Part shown: positions 11,194 to 21,564 of the stretch, one piece after another | Layout: each line of letters opens with the position of its first letter | Numbering within the stretch: position 1 is the first letter of the stretch | Notes under the pieces: model-generated | Database searches by the model: none | What the model was told of the DNA's origin: nothing | The model's input: only the letters and a program-made list of their open reading frames with translations | Position numbers and translations under genes: made by a program | Assembly: GCA_040003385.1 (NCBI GenBank) | Contig: JBDUCQ010000001.1 | Location: forward strand, 11,811-75,810 | DNA length: 64,000 bases | Direction: 5' to 3' | DNA from: Ginsengibacter sp. | GTDB lineage: Bacteria > Bacteroidota > Bacteroidia > Chitinophagales > Chitinophagaceae

Positions 11194-11335
11194 GGAGTTA
11201 GGAATTAGGAGTTAGGAATTAAGAGAAAAAGGCTCGAAAGATGTAACCAATAATGAAAAAATAATAAATAATCAACAGTATGATACAAGGCATGAAATTT
11301 TACACCTCATACCTAAAACCTAATAACTAATTCCA
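11192..11335. repeat. Spacer 5: heptad arms (AGGAGTT/AGGAATT)x4 and CACCTCATACCTAAAACCTAATAACTAATTCC
   Basis: Same G-arm / AT-rich core / C-arm layout as spacers 3 and 4, more degenerate. Confidence 0.8.
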
Positions 11336-11340
11336 ACATC

Positions 11341-13701
11341 ATGTTCAAGAATCATTTCAAGATCGCTTTTCGAAATCTCCTAAAGAACAAAGCGTTTTCT
11401 ATCATCAATATTTCGGGCCTTGCAATTGGAATGGCAAGTGCCGTACTTATTTTATTGTGGATACAAAATGAACTCGGTTTTGATAAATTTCATAAAAACC
11501 AGGACCGTTTGTACCAGGCCTGGAACCGCGGAAAATTTGATAACAAATTACAGTGCTGGAGTACAACACCGAAAATTCTCGGTCCCACCCTAAAGCAGGT
11601 TTACCCTGAAGTAGAAAAAGAAACAAGGGTTAACTGGAACCAAACTTTCCTCTTTTCTATCGGCGAAAAAAGATTAAATGTTTCGGGTACCATGGTGGAT
11701 CCCGATTTTCTTACCATGTTTAGTCTCCCTTTGGTAAAAGGGGATGTTAATAATGCGCTGGGAAATGTATACTCAATGGTGGTTACAGAAAAACTGGCTA
11801 AAAAATTATTTGGCAATGAAGATGCCATGGGCAAGACCATAAAGCTCGACAACAAAGACAATTTTACGATAACAGGCATCATGAAGGATCTGCCGACCAA
11901 TACCCGGTTTGATTTTGAATACTTGCTTCCATGGTCTTATATGCAGGTAATCAATCAGAATGACAGCGACTGGACTAATAATTCAACGCAAAATTATGTA
12001 CTGCTCAAACAAAACGCGTCTATTACAGCATTCAATTCCAAAATAAAAAATGTGATCATTGACCACTTAAATGGCAAAGAACAGATAGAAGTTTTTTTAT
12101 ACCCGTTGAGCAGGCTGCATCTCTATTCAAAATTTGAGAACGGCATTGTAGTGGGCGGGGAAATCGACATGGTTCGGTTGTTCGCAATCATCGCCGGGTT
12201 TATTTTGCTCATTGCATGCATCAATTTTATGAACCTGAGTACAGCACGAAGTGAAAAACGTGCACGTGAGGTTGGTATACGCAAAGTAGTGGGTGCGCAA
12301 AAGAGTATATTGGTTGCACAATTCCTGGGCGAGTCCATATTATTGTCATTCCTGGCGGGAATTTTTGCCATGCTCATTGTGGAGGTTTCACTGCCGGCAT
12401 TCAACACGCTTGTCAGCAAACATTTATCAGTTCATTTCAATGATATTTATTTCTGGCTTTCAGCAATCGCATTTATTTTATTTACCGGCATTTTAGCAGG
12501 AAGCTACCCGGCATTCTATCTTTCATCTTACAACCCTGTCACTGTATTAAAAGGTACTTTCAAATCGATGAATGCCCTGATCACACCGAGAAAAGTTTTG
12601 GTGGTGTTGCAATTCACATTTGCCATTTCACTGATCATTTGCACAATCATTGTTCAACGACAGATTAAATATGCGCAGCACAGGGAACTCGGCTATAATA
12701 AAAATAACCTGATCTATCATTTCCTGTCCGGCGAAATTGAGAAGAACTATCCTCTTATAAAAAATGAACTGATCGCATCCGGTGCAGCTACTTCGGTTTC
12801 AAAGAACAGCAACCCCATTACACAGGCATGGAGCGACACGTGGGATTATGTGTGGGAAGGAAAAGATCCCAATGACAAAACGGATTTCGACAGGTATTTT
12901 GCGGATGAAGATCTGGTTAAAACTGCCGGGTTTCAGATTTTACAAGGCAGAGATTTTGACCTTGAAAATTTCCCTACCGATTCCACTGCACTTATCCTCA
13001 ACGAATCTTCGGTGAAAGCAATGAATTTTAAAAACCCGATCGGGGAAATTATAAAAGACAACGGGAAAGACTGGCATGTAGTAGGTGTTATAAAAGATTT
13101 CATTCTCAGATCACCCTACGAACCAATGCGTCCTATGGTAATCGGGGGCAGCAAAGGATGGTTCAACGTCATGCACATTAAGCTAAACAGTAACAATTCT
13201 ACCGGTAAGAATTTGGCCATTGCTGAGAAAATATTTAAAAAATACAATCCACAGTATCCATTCGAATCCCACTTTGTTGATGAAGAATATGATAAAAAAT
13301 TCAACAATGAAAAACGGATCCAGGCTTTGTCAGGACTGTTTGCCGGGCTTACCATTTTTATTTCCTGCCTCGGTCTGTTTGGCCTCGCAACGTATATGGC
13401 GGAGAACCGGATAAAAGAAATCGGTGTACGCAAAGTGCTGGGAGCTTCCGTGATGAGCATTACCTCGTTGTTGTCAAAAGATTTTTTAAAGTTGGTGGCT
13501 ATTTCACTCGTCATTGCATCGCCTGTAGCGTGGTGGAGTATGCATTCATGGTTACAGGGTTATCCATACCATATCAATATCGAATGGTGGGTATTTACCA
13601 TGGCCGGATTGTTATCACTCATTGTTGCTTTGCTTACAGTAAGCTATCAAAGCATTAAAGCAGCAATAGCAAACCCGGTGAAGAGTTTGAGAACGGAATA
13701 G
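11341..13701 (+). CDS. MacB/FtsX-family ABC permease, copy 6 (786 aa)
   Basis: Same architecture; INFMNLSTARSEKRAREVGIRKVVG; ends ANPVKSLRTE. Confidence 0.93.
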   Translation: MFKNHFKIAFRNLLKNKAFSIINISGLAIGMASAVLILLWIQNELGFDKFHKNQDRLYQAWNRGKFDNKLQCWSTTPKILGPTLKQVYPEVEKETRVNWNQTFLFSIGEKRLNVSGTMVDPDFLTMFSLPLVKGDVNNALGNVYSMVVTEKLAKKLFGNEDAMGKTIKLDNKDNFTITGIMKDLPTNTRFDFEYLLPWSYMQVINQNDSDWTNNSTQNYVLLKQNASITAFNSKIKNVIIDHLNGKEQIEVFLYPLSRLHLYSKFENGIVVGGEIDMVRLFAIIAGFILLIACINFMNLSTARSEKRAREVGIRKVVGAQKSILVAQFLGESILLSFLAGIFAMLIVEVSLPAFNTLVSKHLSVHFNDIYFWLSAIAFILFTGILAGSYPAFYLSSYNPVTVLKGTFKSMNALITPRKVLVVLQFTFAISLIICTIIVQRQIKYAQHRELGYNKNNLIYHFLSGEIEKNYPLIKNELIASGAATSVSKNSNPITQAWSDTWDYVWEGKDPNDKTDFDRYFADEDLVKTAGFQILQGRDFDLENFPTDSTALILNESSVKAMNFKNPIGEIIKDNGKDWHVVGVIKDFILRSPYEPMRPMVIGGSKGWFNVMHIKLNSNNSTGKNLAIAEKIFKKYNPQYPFESHFVDEEYDKKFNNEKRIQALSGLFAGLTIFISCLGLFGLATYMAENRIKEIGVRKVLGASVMSITSLLSKDFLKLVAISLVIASPVAWWSMHSWLQGYPYHINIEWWVFTMAGLLSLIVALLTVSYQSIKAAIANPVKSLRTE

Positions 13702-13747
13702 CCCCCGCCTGAATGACATAGTCGGGCAGGCTTCGGCAAGTGCAGGA
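13702..13747. repeat. Composite REP: 27-bp hairpin CCCGCCTGAATGACATAGTCGGGCAGG (13704-13730) abutting CTTCGGCAAGTGCAGGA
   Basis: Near-identical copy at 26535-26580; the 27-mer has a 28-bp relative in opposite orientation at 38724-38751. Confidence 0.85.
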
Positions 13748-14040
13748 TCAAGTATGAGGTGTTAGGTATTAGTAGTTAGGCATTAGGAGTTAGCCTTTAA
13801 GGATTTTGAAATAGTGAAAATAATAATCATAAGAAATAATTAATAATAAGAATTATGCTAAATCTCATAAAAAAAATTACACTTCATACCAAATACATCG
13901 TATTTGTGTACCTGGTGGCCATGGTTAATTATTTTGAATATTAGACTTTAAAAAGAAAGATTTGAAAATCTTATTACATGAATGTTTTACAAGCCTGAGG
14001 TTTAAACCTTATGCCCTAATTCCTCATCCCTAATTACTTT
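13748..14040. repeat. Rest of spacer 6: heptad G-arm (GTATGAG GTGTTAG GTATTAG TAGTTAG GCATTAG GAGTTAG), AT-rich core, two degenerate C-arms
   Basis: Read directly; longest spacer in the array (343 bp in total). Confidence 0.75.
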
Positions 14041-14044
14041 TAGA

Positions 14045-16489
14045 ATGCTTACTAATTATTTCAAACTTGCACTCCGGAACCTGACAAAGAGAACAGGATA
14101 TTCGTTGTTGAATATTTGCGGATTGGCGATAGGAATAACCTGCTGCCTACTTATTTTCCAATATGTTGCTTTCGAAAGAAGTTACGACCAATTTGAAAAC
14201 AATTCAGACCAGATTGTTCGCCTGCGCCTTGACAGTTATCAGCAGGGAAAACTTTCGTGGAAGTCTGCAACTTCATACCCGGCTTTTGGTCCTACGATGA
14301 AACGGGATTTCCCGGAGGTTGAAAATTTCTGTCGTTTACATGATGCAGACCTGGTGTTGGCAAATGATGAACGAAATGTAAAATTCAAAGAAGAGAAGGG
14401 ATACTTTGCAGATCCTGCTTTCCTGCAAATGTTCAATGTGAGGTTATTGAGAGGCAACCCCATGGAAGCGCTGCAGGGGCCAGATAAAATTTTATTATCA
14501 GAAAAAACTGCACAGAAATATTTCGGCAACGAGGATGCCCTTGGAAAAAAACTTGTTTTACGGGATCCCAAGTATACAAGAACATTTGAAGTAACAGGTG
14601 TCTTCTATGAATTTCCGGAAAATTCTCACCTCATCATCAATCACCTTGCTTCTTATGCAACACTGGCCAGCATATTAATCCAGGATGGTGATACTTCGAA
14701 TGCAACTGAAACAAGCTTTGGATGGTATGATTTCTATACCTATTTACAACTGAGAAAGGGTACTGACCTCAAAAAATTCGAGTCAAAGATGCCTGCATAC
14801 TGCAACCGGTACATCAATAACCAGCAATGGGCAAAAACAAATAATGTAATGGCAGATATACACGTTATCCCACTCAGGGACGTTCATCTGTATTCGAATT
14901 ATAACCAGGAAGCTGAAGCAAACGGCAACGGCCAGTCTGTTGCATTTCTTTTCCTCATTGCATTTTTCATCATTGGCATCGCATGGATCAATTACATCAA
15001 CCTGGCAACAGCACGTTCCATGGAAAGAGCCAGGGAAGTTGGTGTGAGAAAAGTATTGGGAGCATTGCGTAGAAATCTGATCGGGCAATTCCTGGTAGAG
15101 AGCTTTTTATTGAACCTGGTTGCATTTATATTGGCAATAGTTATAGGTTGGATGCTCACTCCTTCTTTCAACAGCCTAACGGGTCGTGAAATAAACGCAG
15201 GCTTTCATTTACCTGCGAAATACTGGGCAGGATTTGGGGTCATGTTTTTGACCGGCAGTCTGCTGGCCGGCCTCTATCCCGCTTTTGTACTGTCAAACTT
15301 TAAACCCATATCTGTTCTTAAGGGTTTATTCAAAAGCAGCCAGGGTGGCATCGCTTTGCGTAAAGGGCTTATAGTTGGGCAGTTCGCCACATCAGTTGTA
15401 TTGATTGCCGGAACGATCATTGTTTTTCAGCAAATCAATTACATGAGTAAGCAAAAACTTGGAGCAGACATCAATCAAACCCTGGTAATGGATGGGGCCA
15501 GCTCGATCACGGATTCCCTTTATCAAAGTTCATTTCAGCCATTCAAAAATGACCTACTGAAAATTCCGGATGTAAAAAATGTCGCGGCTTCATCAAGTGT
15601 GATGGGAAAAGAAATTTACTGGACCAATGGATCCAGGAGGATGGGAGCTGAGAATAAAGGAGCTGTCACCTTGTACAATCTCGGGATCGATTATGATTTT
15701 ATTCCTTCTTTCGGATTACAACTTAAAGCCGGAAGAAATTTTTCAAAAGAATATAAAACGGATGAGAAAGGAATCTTACTGAATGAAAATGCCGCACGTC
15801 TTCTTGGATTTGAGGACATGAACAAAGCTGTGAATGAAAATATAGTTTCTTCAGGTGATACGGTAAAAATATTGGGGATCGTTGCTGATTATCATCACCA
15901 GGGGTTACAAAAAGCGATTGACCCAATGATATTCCGGCTGCGGCCAAACAACCGTGATGCCTATTCTGTAAAAATAGGAACGGGGAATATCAAATCTACA
16001 ATTGCCAGCATTGAACATGTTTGGATCAAACACTTTCCTGCCGATCCTTTCAATTATTATTTCCTCGATCAGCTATTTGATCAGCAGTATAAAGCGGACA
16101 GACAATTTGGAAAATTATTCGGCCTTTTCGCCTTCCTGGCAATCGTGATCGCTTGCTTTGGACTACTGGGGTTATCAGCTTTTAATGTTTTACAACGCAC
16201 CAAGGAGATCGGCATCAGGAAAGTATTGGGAGCATCTGTTCAACACTTATTGTATATCCTGTCAAAAGACTTTTTACAGCTTGTACTGATCGCATTCATA
16301 CTTGCCGTTCCTGTTACCTGGTGGGTCATGCACAACTGGCTTCAGGATTATGCTTACCGGATCAATATACAATGGTGGGTCTTTGCACTTGCTGGTTTCA
16401 TTGCATTGGCAATTGCATTGGCTACTGTTTGTTTACAGGCCATCAGGTCTACACTGGCAAACCCGGTGAAGAGCTTGAGAACTGAGTGA
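14045..16489 (+). CDS. MacB/FtsX-family ABC permease, copy 7 (814 aa)
   Basis: Same architecture; INYINLATARSMERAREVGVRKVLG; ends ANPVKSLRTE. Confidence 0.93.
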   Translation: MLTNYFKLALRNLTKRTGYSLLNICGLAIGITCCLLIFQYVAFERSYDQFENNSDQIVRLRLDSYQQGKLSWKSATSYPAFGPTMKRDFPEVENFCRLHDADLVLANDERNVKFKEEKGYFADPAFLQMFNVRLLRGNPMEALQGPDKILLSEKTAQKYFGNEDALGKKLVLRDPKYTRTFEVTGVFYEFPENSHLIINHLASYATLASILIQDGDTSNATETSFGWYDFYTYLQLRKGTDLKKFESKMPAYCNRYINNQQWAKTNNVMADIHVIPLRDVHLYSNYNQEAEANGNGQSVAFLFLIAFFIIGIAWINYINLATARSMERAREVGVRKVLGALRRNLIGQFLVESFLLNLVAFILAIVIGWMLTPSFNSLTGREINAGFHLPAKYWAGFGVMFLTGSLLAGLYPAFVLSNFKPISVLKGLFKSSQGGIALRKGLIVGQFATSVVLIAGTIIVFQQINYMSKQKLGADINQTLVMDGASSITDSLYQSSFQPFKNDLLKIPDVKNVAASSSVMGKEIYWTNGSRRMGAENKGAVTLYNLGIDYDFIPSFGLQLKAGRNFSKEYKTDEKGILLNENAARLLGFEDMNKAVNENIVSSGDTVKILGIVADYHHQGLQKAIDPMIFRLRPNNRDAYSVKIGTGNIKSTIASIEHVWIKHFPADPFNYYFLDQLFDQQYKADRQFGKLFGLFAFLAIVIACFGLLGLSAFNVLQRTKEIGIRKVLGASVQHLLYILSKDFLQLVLIAFILAVPVTWWVMHNWLQDYAYRINIQWWVFALAGFIALAIALATVCLQAIRSTLANPVKSLRTE

Positions 16490-16567
16490 GGTGTCAGGTG
16501 TGTGAGTTTTAAGGATTTAGAAACTAACGAAGAATAATAAATAATTAATAATTATTAGTAAACGCAA

Positions 16568-18934
16568 ATGTTTAAAAACTACATAAAAGTTGCTCTGCGT
16601 GATATGATGAGAAATAAAATTTTTTCATTAATCAACATCCTTGGATTGGCACTTGGTATTACGTGCAGCCTCCTCATTTATCTATGGGTCCAGGACGAAC
16701 GCAGTTATGATAATTTCCATGCCAACAGCAAAAATCTGTACCAGATAGTGGTAAGCACAAAAGATAAAACCGGGGCAATCAAAGGAAGTGATTATAGCAC
16801 CCCGGGATTAATGGCTGAAGCTTTAAAAAAAGAAATTCCTGAAATTACCGATGCAGCTATGCTAATATGGCCAGGTGATTTTTTATTTACAGTGGCTCAA
16901 AAGATCGGCAAAGAAAAAGGGCAATACGTGGGCAATGATTTTTTCAATTTATTCAGCTTCCCGCTTCTACAGGGAAATCCAAAAACAGCTCTTGCTTCGC
17001 CTGACAATATTGTGATCTCTCAAAAACTAGCACAGAATTATTTTGGAAAGCAGAACCCAATAGGTAAAATAATAAGGATTGGCGATAAAAGAGATTTCGT
17101 AGTAACCGGGGTGCTGGCTCAATTGCCTGAAAATTCGTCAATAAAGTTCGATTTCCTGATGCCTATACAACACGGCTTTGAAGATAATCATTGGATGATT
17201 GACGGATGGAACCATTTTGGCGCACCCACCTATGTCCTACTCCGCAAAGATGCTGACGTTGCTGCTGTAAATTTAAAGCTCAAAAAATTTTTAGTCCAAC
17301 AGGATAAGGTACTGGATGATAAAATGGTTTCACTGCAGTTGTTCAAGGAAACTTATCTCTATTCCAGTTTTACAAATGGAATTCCCAGTGGAGGCCGGAT
17401 CGAATATGTTCGCCTGTTTTCAATTATTGCCATTTTTATTTTATTAATTGCCTGCATCAATTTTATGAATCTCGCCACAGCGCGTTCGGTAAAAAGGGCC
17501 AGGGAAGTCGGGGTAAGAAAAGTGCTGGGAGCGTTGAACGGATTATTGTTCCGGCAGTTTTTATTGGAAGCCATCCTCACAACATTTCTTTCCGTATTCA
17601 TTTCAGTGATTTTGCTGATGTTGTTTTTACCATCATTCAATCACCTGACGGGGAAAAAATTATCCATGGATCCCGGTGATCCATCGTTATTGATCATGCT
17701 GTTCATGCTTACGTTAACAACCGGGTTCATTTCGGGAAGTTACCCGGCATTATTCCTTTCGTCGTTAAAGCCAATCAAGGTTTTAAAAGGCACCTTAAAG
17801 TTTAAAAGCAGCGATGCTATTTTTCGGAAAGGCCTGGTTGTTTTTCAATTTACATTGTCTATTGCATTGATCATTTGTACCGTTATGGTGTACAAACAGG
17901 TACATTATATTCAATCAAAAAACCTGGGGCTGGATCATTCTAACCTGATCTATATTAAGGTACAGGGCGACCTGGTTAAAAGCTATGAAAATTTCAAAAA
18001 TGATGGATTGTCTTCCGGGAATGTAGAAAGCATTTCCTTTTGCGGTACTGAACCCACAAACGTAGGCTGGTATTCTCCCGGCATGCAATGGGAAGGTAAA
18101 GATCCGAATGATAAAACGCTTTTTGCGCAGGTTGAAGTAGGTTATGACTTTATAAAAACGATGAAGATCGATTTGATTGAGGGACGGGATTTTTCACCAT
18201 CTCTTCCAACAGATTCCACCAATTTTATTATTAATGAAGCAGCTGCTAAATACATGCAATTGAAAAATCCAGTGGGCGCTTCTTTTTCGCATGGAGATAT
18301 GAAAGGCAAAATTATAGGCTTGGTAAAAGATTACAACTTTCATTCCTTACATGCCCCTATTGCGCCTGCATTTATCAATCTTGAGCCTGCCCCTGAAGAA
18401 GGTGCAGCAATCATAAGAACCTTCCCGGGCAAAACCAAACAAGCGCTTGCCACCCTCCAAAATATTTGCAAAAAATACAATCCAAAATATCCTTTTGACT
18501 TCATGTTTGTTGACGATGCACTGAACAAACAATATCATAGTGAAATAATTGTAGGTCAATTATTTTATTCATTTGCTTTCATTGCAATTTTTATTTCATG
18601 TATGGGATTATTTGGTCTTTCTATGTTTATGGCCGGGCAGCGTACCAGGGAGATTGGTATACGTAAAGTAGTAGGCGCCTCTACTACCCGTATTGTTGCT
18701 TTACTTTCAAAGGATTTTTTACAGCTTGTTCTGATTGCTTTCTTCATAGCCTCCCCCATTGCATGGTGGGCTGTGAATAAATGGCTGCAAGATTTTGCTT
18801 ATAAAACAGATATCAGCTGGATGGTATTTGTATTCGCAGGCCTGGCCGCCCTAACGATTGCATTCATTACAATTAGTTTCCAGGCTATAAGATCTGCTTT
18901 AGCCAACCCGGTTAAAAGTTTAAGAACGGAATAA
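16568..18934 (+). CDS. MacB/FtsX-family ABC permease, copy 8 (788 aa)
   Basis: Same architecture; INFMNLATARSVKRAREVGVRKVLG; ends ANPVKSLRTE. Confidence 0.93.
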   Translation: MFKNYIKVALRDMMRNKIFSLINILGLALGITCSLLIYLWVQDERSYDNFHANSKNLYQIVVSTKDKTGAIKGSDYSTPGLMAEALKKEIPEITDAAMLIWPGDFLFTVAQKIGKEKGQYVGNDFFNLFSFPLLQGNPKTALASPDNIVISQKLAQNYFGKQNPIGKIIRIGDKRDFVVTGVLAQLPENSSIKFDFLMPIQHGFEDNHWMIDGWNHFGAPTYVLLRKDADVAAVNLKLKKFLVQQDKVLDDKMVSLQLFKETYLYSSFTNGIPSGGRIEYVRLFSIIAIFILLIACINFMNLATARSVKRAREVGVRKVLGALNGLLFRQFLLEAILTTFLSVFISVILLMLFLPSFNHLTGKKLSMDPGDPSLLIMLFMLTLTTGFISGSYPALFLSSLKPIKVLKGTLKFKSSDAIFRKGLVVFQFTLSIALIICTVMVYKQVHYIQSKNLGLDHSNLIYIKVQGDLVKSYENFKNDGLSSGNVESISFCGTEPTNVGWYSPGMQWEGKDPNDKTLFAQVEVGYDFIKTMKIDLIEGRDFSPSLPTDSTNFIINEAAAKYMQLKNPVGASFSHGDMKGKIIGLVKDYNFHSLHAPIAPAFINLEPAPEEGAAIIRTFPGKTKQALATLQNICKKYNPKYPFDFMFVDDALNKQYHSEIIVGQLFYSFAFIAIFISCMGLFGLSMFMAGQRTREIGIRKVVGASTTRIVALLSKDFLQLVLIAFFIASPIAWWAVNKWLQDFAYKTDISWMVFVFAGLAALTIAFITISFQAIRSALANPVKSLRTE

Positions 18935-18959
18935 TTAAAAATGATAGGTAAAGAAAAAC

Positions 18960-19036
18960 AAATCATAAAATAATCAATAATTAATAATCAATAATAGGCT
19001 ATCAACTAAGACCTGATACCTGATACCTCATACTTA
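18960..19036. repeat. Spacer 8: (TAATCAA/TAATTAA) heptads plus C-arm ACCTGATACCTGATACCTCATACT just before the ATG
   Basis: Read directly; no G-arm present. Confidence 0.8.
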
Positions 19037-19040
19037 ATAT

Positions 19041-21449
19041 ATGCTCAAAAATTATTTCATAGTAGCCTGGCGCAACATCTGCAAACGTCCTTTGTATTCA
19101 GTGCTCAATATCATTGGCCTGTCTTCAGGAGTACTATTTACATTGCTCATCGGGGCATATGTGTGGAATGAATTGGAAATAAATAAGAAGTTGCTCAATT
19201 CTAAAAACCAATATTTTCTTACAAGCCAATGGAAAGATCCCAATATGGGTGCTGATATCACGACGTTGGGACCTTTGTCCAAAAGATTGAAAGAAGAATA
19301 CCCAAATCTTGTAAGAAATTATTACAGGTGGGATGGCATTACTTCTGTTGTTTCAAAAGGAGACAAACACTTTCGTGAGAACATACAACTCGGTGACAGT
19401 ACAATTCTTTCGATGTATGGATTTGGCCTGTTAACCGGGAATGCGCGAGCGGCTTTAACCGATCCTTACTCAGTCGTCATTACGCGGGATGCCGCAATCA
19501 AATATTTTGGCAAAACAAATGTTGTGGGTGAACTGATTTCAATACAAAGTTTTTCGGGAACCCAACATGATTTTACGGTTACAGGTGTGTTGCAGGAAAT
19601 TCCTGAAAATTCTGTCACTTCCCTCAATGACGCAAATCATAATACTTTTTTTATTCCAACAAATACATTCGCTTACTTCGGAAGAAATGATTTTGAGGCA
19701 TGGACAAATATTATTATCCCTTCTTATATTGAATTGAAGGAAGGAGTTAAACTTTCCAGCCTGCAGCAGGCCATTGAACAGGTACTACAAAACAATGCTC
19801 CCGCAGGGATCAAAGAAAATTTGCTGGTTCGCCCAGTTGCTCTTACCAATTATTATTTACAAAAAAATAACGGACTGGCAAAGAGAATGCTTTATGCTTT
19901 ATCCTTCGTCGGCTTATTTATTTTGCTGATGGCGATTGTTAATTTCATCAATATTTCTATCACCGGATCGTCTTCAAGGATCAAAGAAATCGGTATCCGA
20001 AAAGTACTGGGGGGCCTGAGAAAACAAATCATCATCCAGTTCTTAACTGAATCTGTTATTCTTGTTTTCCTGTCCACAGCTCTGGCCATCATTGCGTTTC
20101 CCTATAGTCGGCCATTCTTTGGAGAATTAGTAGGGAAACAAATTCCAGGACTTTCATCGTTTCCATTGAATTTTATTTTTATCCCTGCAACACTTGTTTT
20201 ACTTGTAGGCATATTAGCAGGCTTATATCCTGCAGTGTTGCTTTCATCTCTCAAATCCTCAGATTCAATAAAAGGCAAATTAAAAACAATAAAAGAAAAT
20301 GTATGGCTCCGAAAGTCTTTGACCTCATTTCAATTCTGCATCGCCTGTGTGGTAATTATTGCCGCATTGATCGTTGCCCGGCAAGTCAATTATTTCTTTA
20401 GCCAGCAACTGGGTTATAATAAAGAATACATTGTTTCATCGCAGCTTCCCAGGGACTGGTCACCACAGGGTGTGAGGAAAATGGAAACGATCAGGAATGA
20501 ATTTGCAGCTATGCCGGAAATCAGTGAAGCCACATTATCATACGAAATACCAAATGGAATGAATGGAAGCCAGCCGCCGGTATACAAAGCAGATGACGAC
20601 TCCATACACGCGATACCCATGCAGGCCCTGGTTACAGACGAACATTATCTTGAGACTTACCAAATACCTTTGCAAGCGGGTTTATTTTTCAACAATAATG
20701 GTGGTTTTGATTCATCAAAAATTGTACTGAATGAAAAAGCAAGCGCGGATCTTGGTTGGAAAAATGCAAATGAGGCAATTGGTAAGCAGGTCAGGATCCC
20801 GGGAACCAGCACCGTATTTACCGTTCAGGGGATTGCAGGTGATTTTCATTTTAATTCCATGCAACAGAAAATTCAGCCCATCATTTTCTTTCATATACGG
20901 CTTGCTAACACTTACAGGTACATCTCACTTAAAATAAAACCGGGCAACATAGGAAAAACAATAGCTGATCTCGAAAAGAAATGGGCTGCATTATTACCAG
21001 GCAGTTCTTTTGAATACAGTTTCATGGATGACACACTAAAAAAATTATATAAAACTGAAATTCAGCTCCGGAAAGCGGCTTACACTGCTACGCTATTATC
21101 ACTCATCATTGTGCTGCTGGGGGTGATTGCCCACGTTTCTTTAAATATTCAAAAGCGTACAAAAGAAATCGGGATCCGAAAAGTATTGGGGGCTTCTGTC
21201 ACGAACATCATCATTCTTTTTATGAAAGAGACTTTAATGGTAATGACGATTGGCGGTTTGATTGCTTGTCCTATAGCGTGGTTCATCATGAAGGGATGGC
21301 TGAACGATTATGCCTACAGGATCACACCCGGAATACAACCCTTCATCATTTCCATTGCAGGGCTTGCATTGGTAACATCAATTTTAATCGTACTTCAGAC
21401 AATCAGAGCGGGGATGGCCAACCCGGTGAAGAGTTTGAGAACGGAGTGA
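19041..21449 (+). CDS. MacB/FtsX-family ABC permease, copy 9 (802 aa)
   Basis: Same architecture; RIKEIGIRKVLG and KRTKEIGIRKVLGA; ends ANPVKSLRTE. Confidence 0.93.
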   Translation: MLKNYFIVAWRNICKRPLYSVLNIIGLSSGVLFTLLIGAYVWNELEINKKLLNSKNQYFLTSQWKDPNMGADITTLGPLSKRLKEEYPNLVRNYYRWDGITSVVSKGDKHFRENIQLGDSTILSMYGFGLLTGNARAALTDPYSVVITRDAAIKYFGKTNVVGELISIQSFSGTQHDFTVTGVLQEIPENSVTSLNDANHNTFFIPTNTFAYFGRNDFEAWTNIIIPSYIELKEGVKLSSLQQAIEQVLQNNAPAGIKENLLVRPVALTNYYLQKNNGLAKRMLYALSFVGLFILLMAIVNFINISITGSSSRIKEIGIRKVLGGLRKQIIIQFLTESVILVFLSTALAIIAFPYSRPFFGELVGKQIPGLSSFPLNFIFIPATLVLLVGILAGLYPAVLLSSLKSSDSIKGKLKTIKENVWLRKSLTSFQFCIACVVIIAALIVARQVNYFFSQQLGYNKEYIVSSQLPRDWSPQGVRKMETIRNEFAAMPEISEATLSYEIPNGMNGSQPPVYKADDDSIHAIPMQALVTDEHYLETYQIPLQAGLFFNNNGGFDSSKIVLNEKASADLGWKNANEAIGKQVRIPGTSTVFTVQGIAGDFHFNSMQQKIQPIIFFHIRLANTYRYISLKIKPGNIGKTIADLEKKWAALLPGSSFEYSFMDDTLKKLYKTEIQLRKAAYTATLLSLIIVLLGVIAHVSLNIQKRTKEIGIRKVLGASVTNIIILFMKETLMVMTIGGLIACPIAWFIMKGWLNDYAYRITPGIQPFIISIAGLALVTSILIVLQTIRAGMANPVKSLRTE

Positions 21450-21555
21450 GAGGAGGTGTCAGGTATGAGGTAATAGGTATAAGGTATAAGGTGTTAGTGC
21501 GGGAGGAGAAAAGTACAAGGAGAATAAATAATCAATAATTAATAATTAATAATCA
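21450..21555. repeat. Spacer 9: G-arm heptads (AGGTGTC AGGTATG AGGTAAT AGGTATA AGGTATA AGGTGTT) plus TAAT-rich heptads
   Basis: Read directly; no C-arm present. Confidence 0.8.
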
Positions 21556-21564
21556 CAAAAACCA

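Noticed and set aside
21266-21538. 90-aa ORF spanning the end of copy 9 and spacer 9
   Set aside because: It is an out-of-frame overlap whose tail (GVRYEVIGIRYKVLV) is just the translated heptad repeat.
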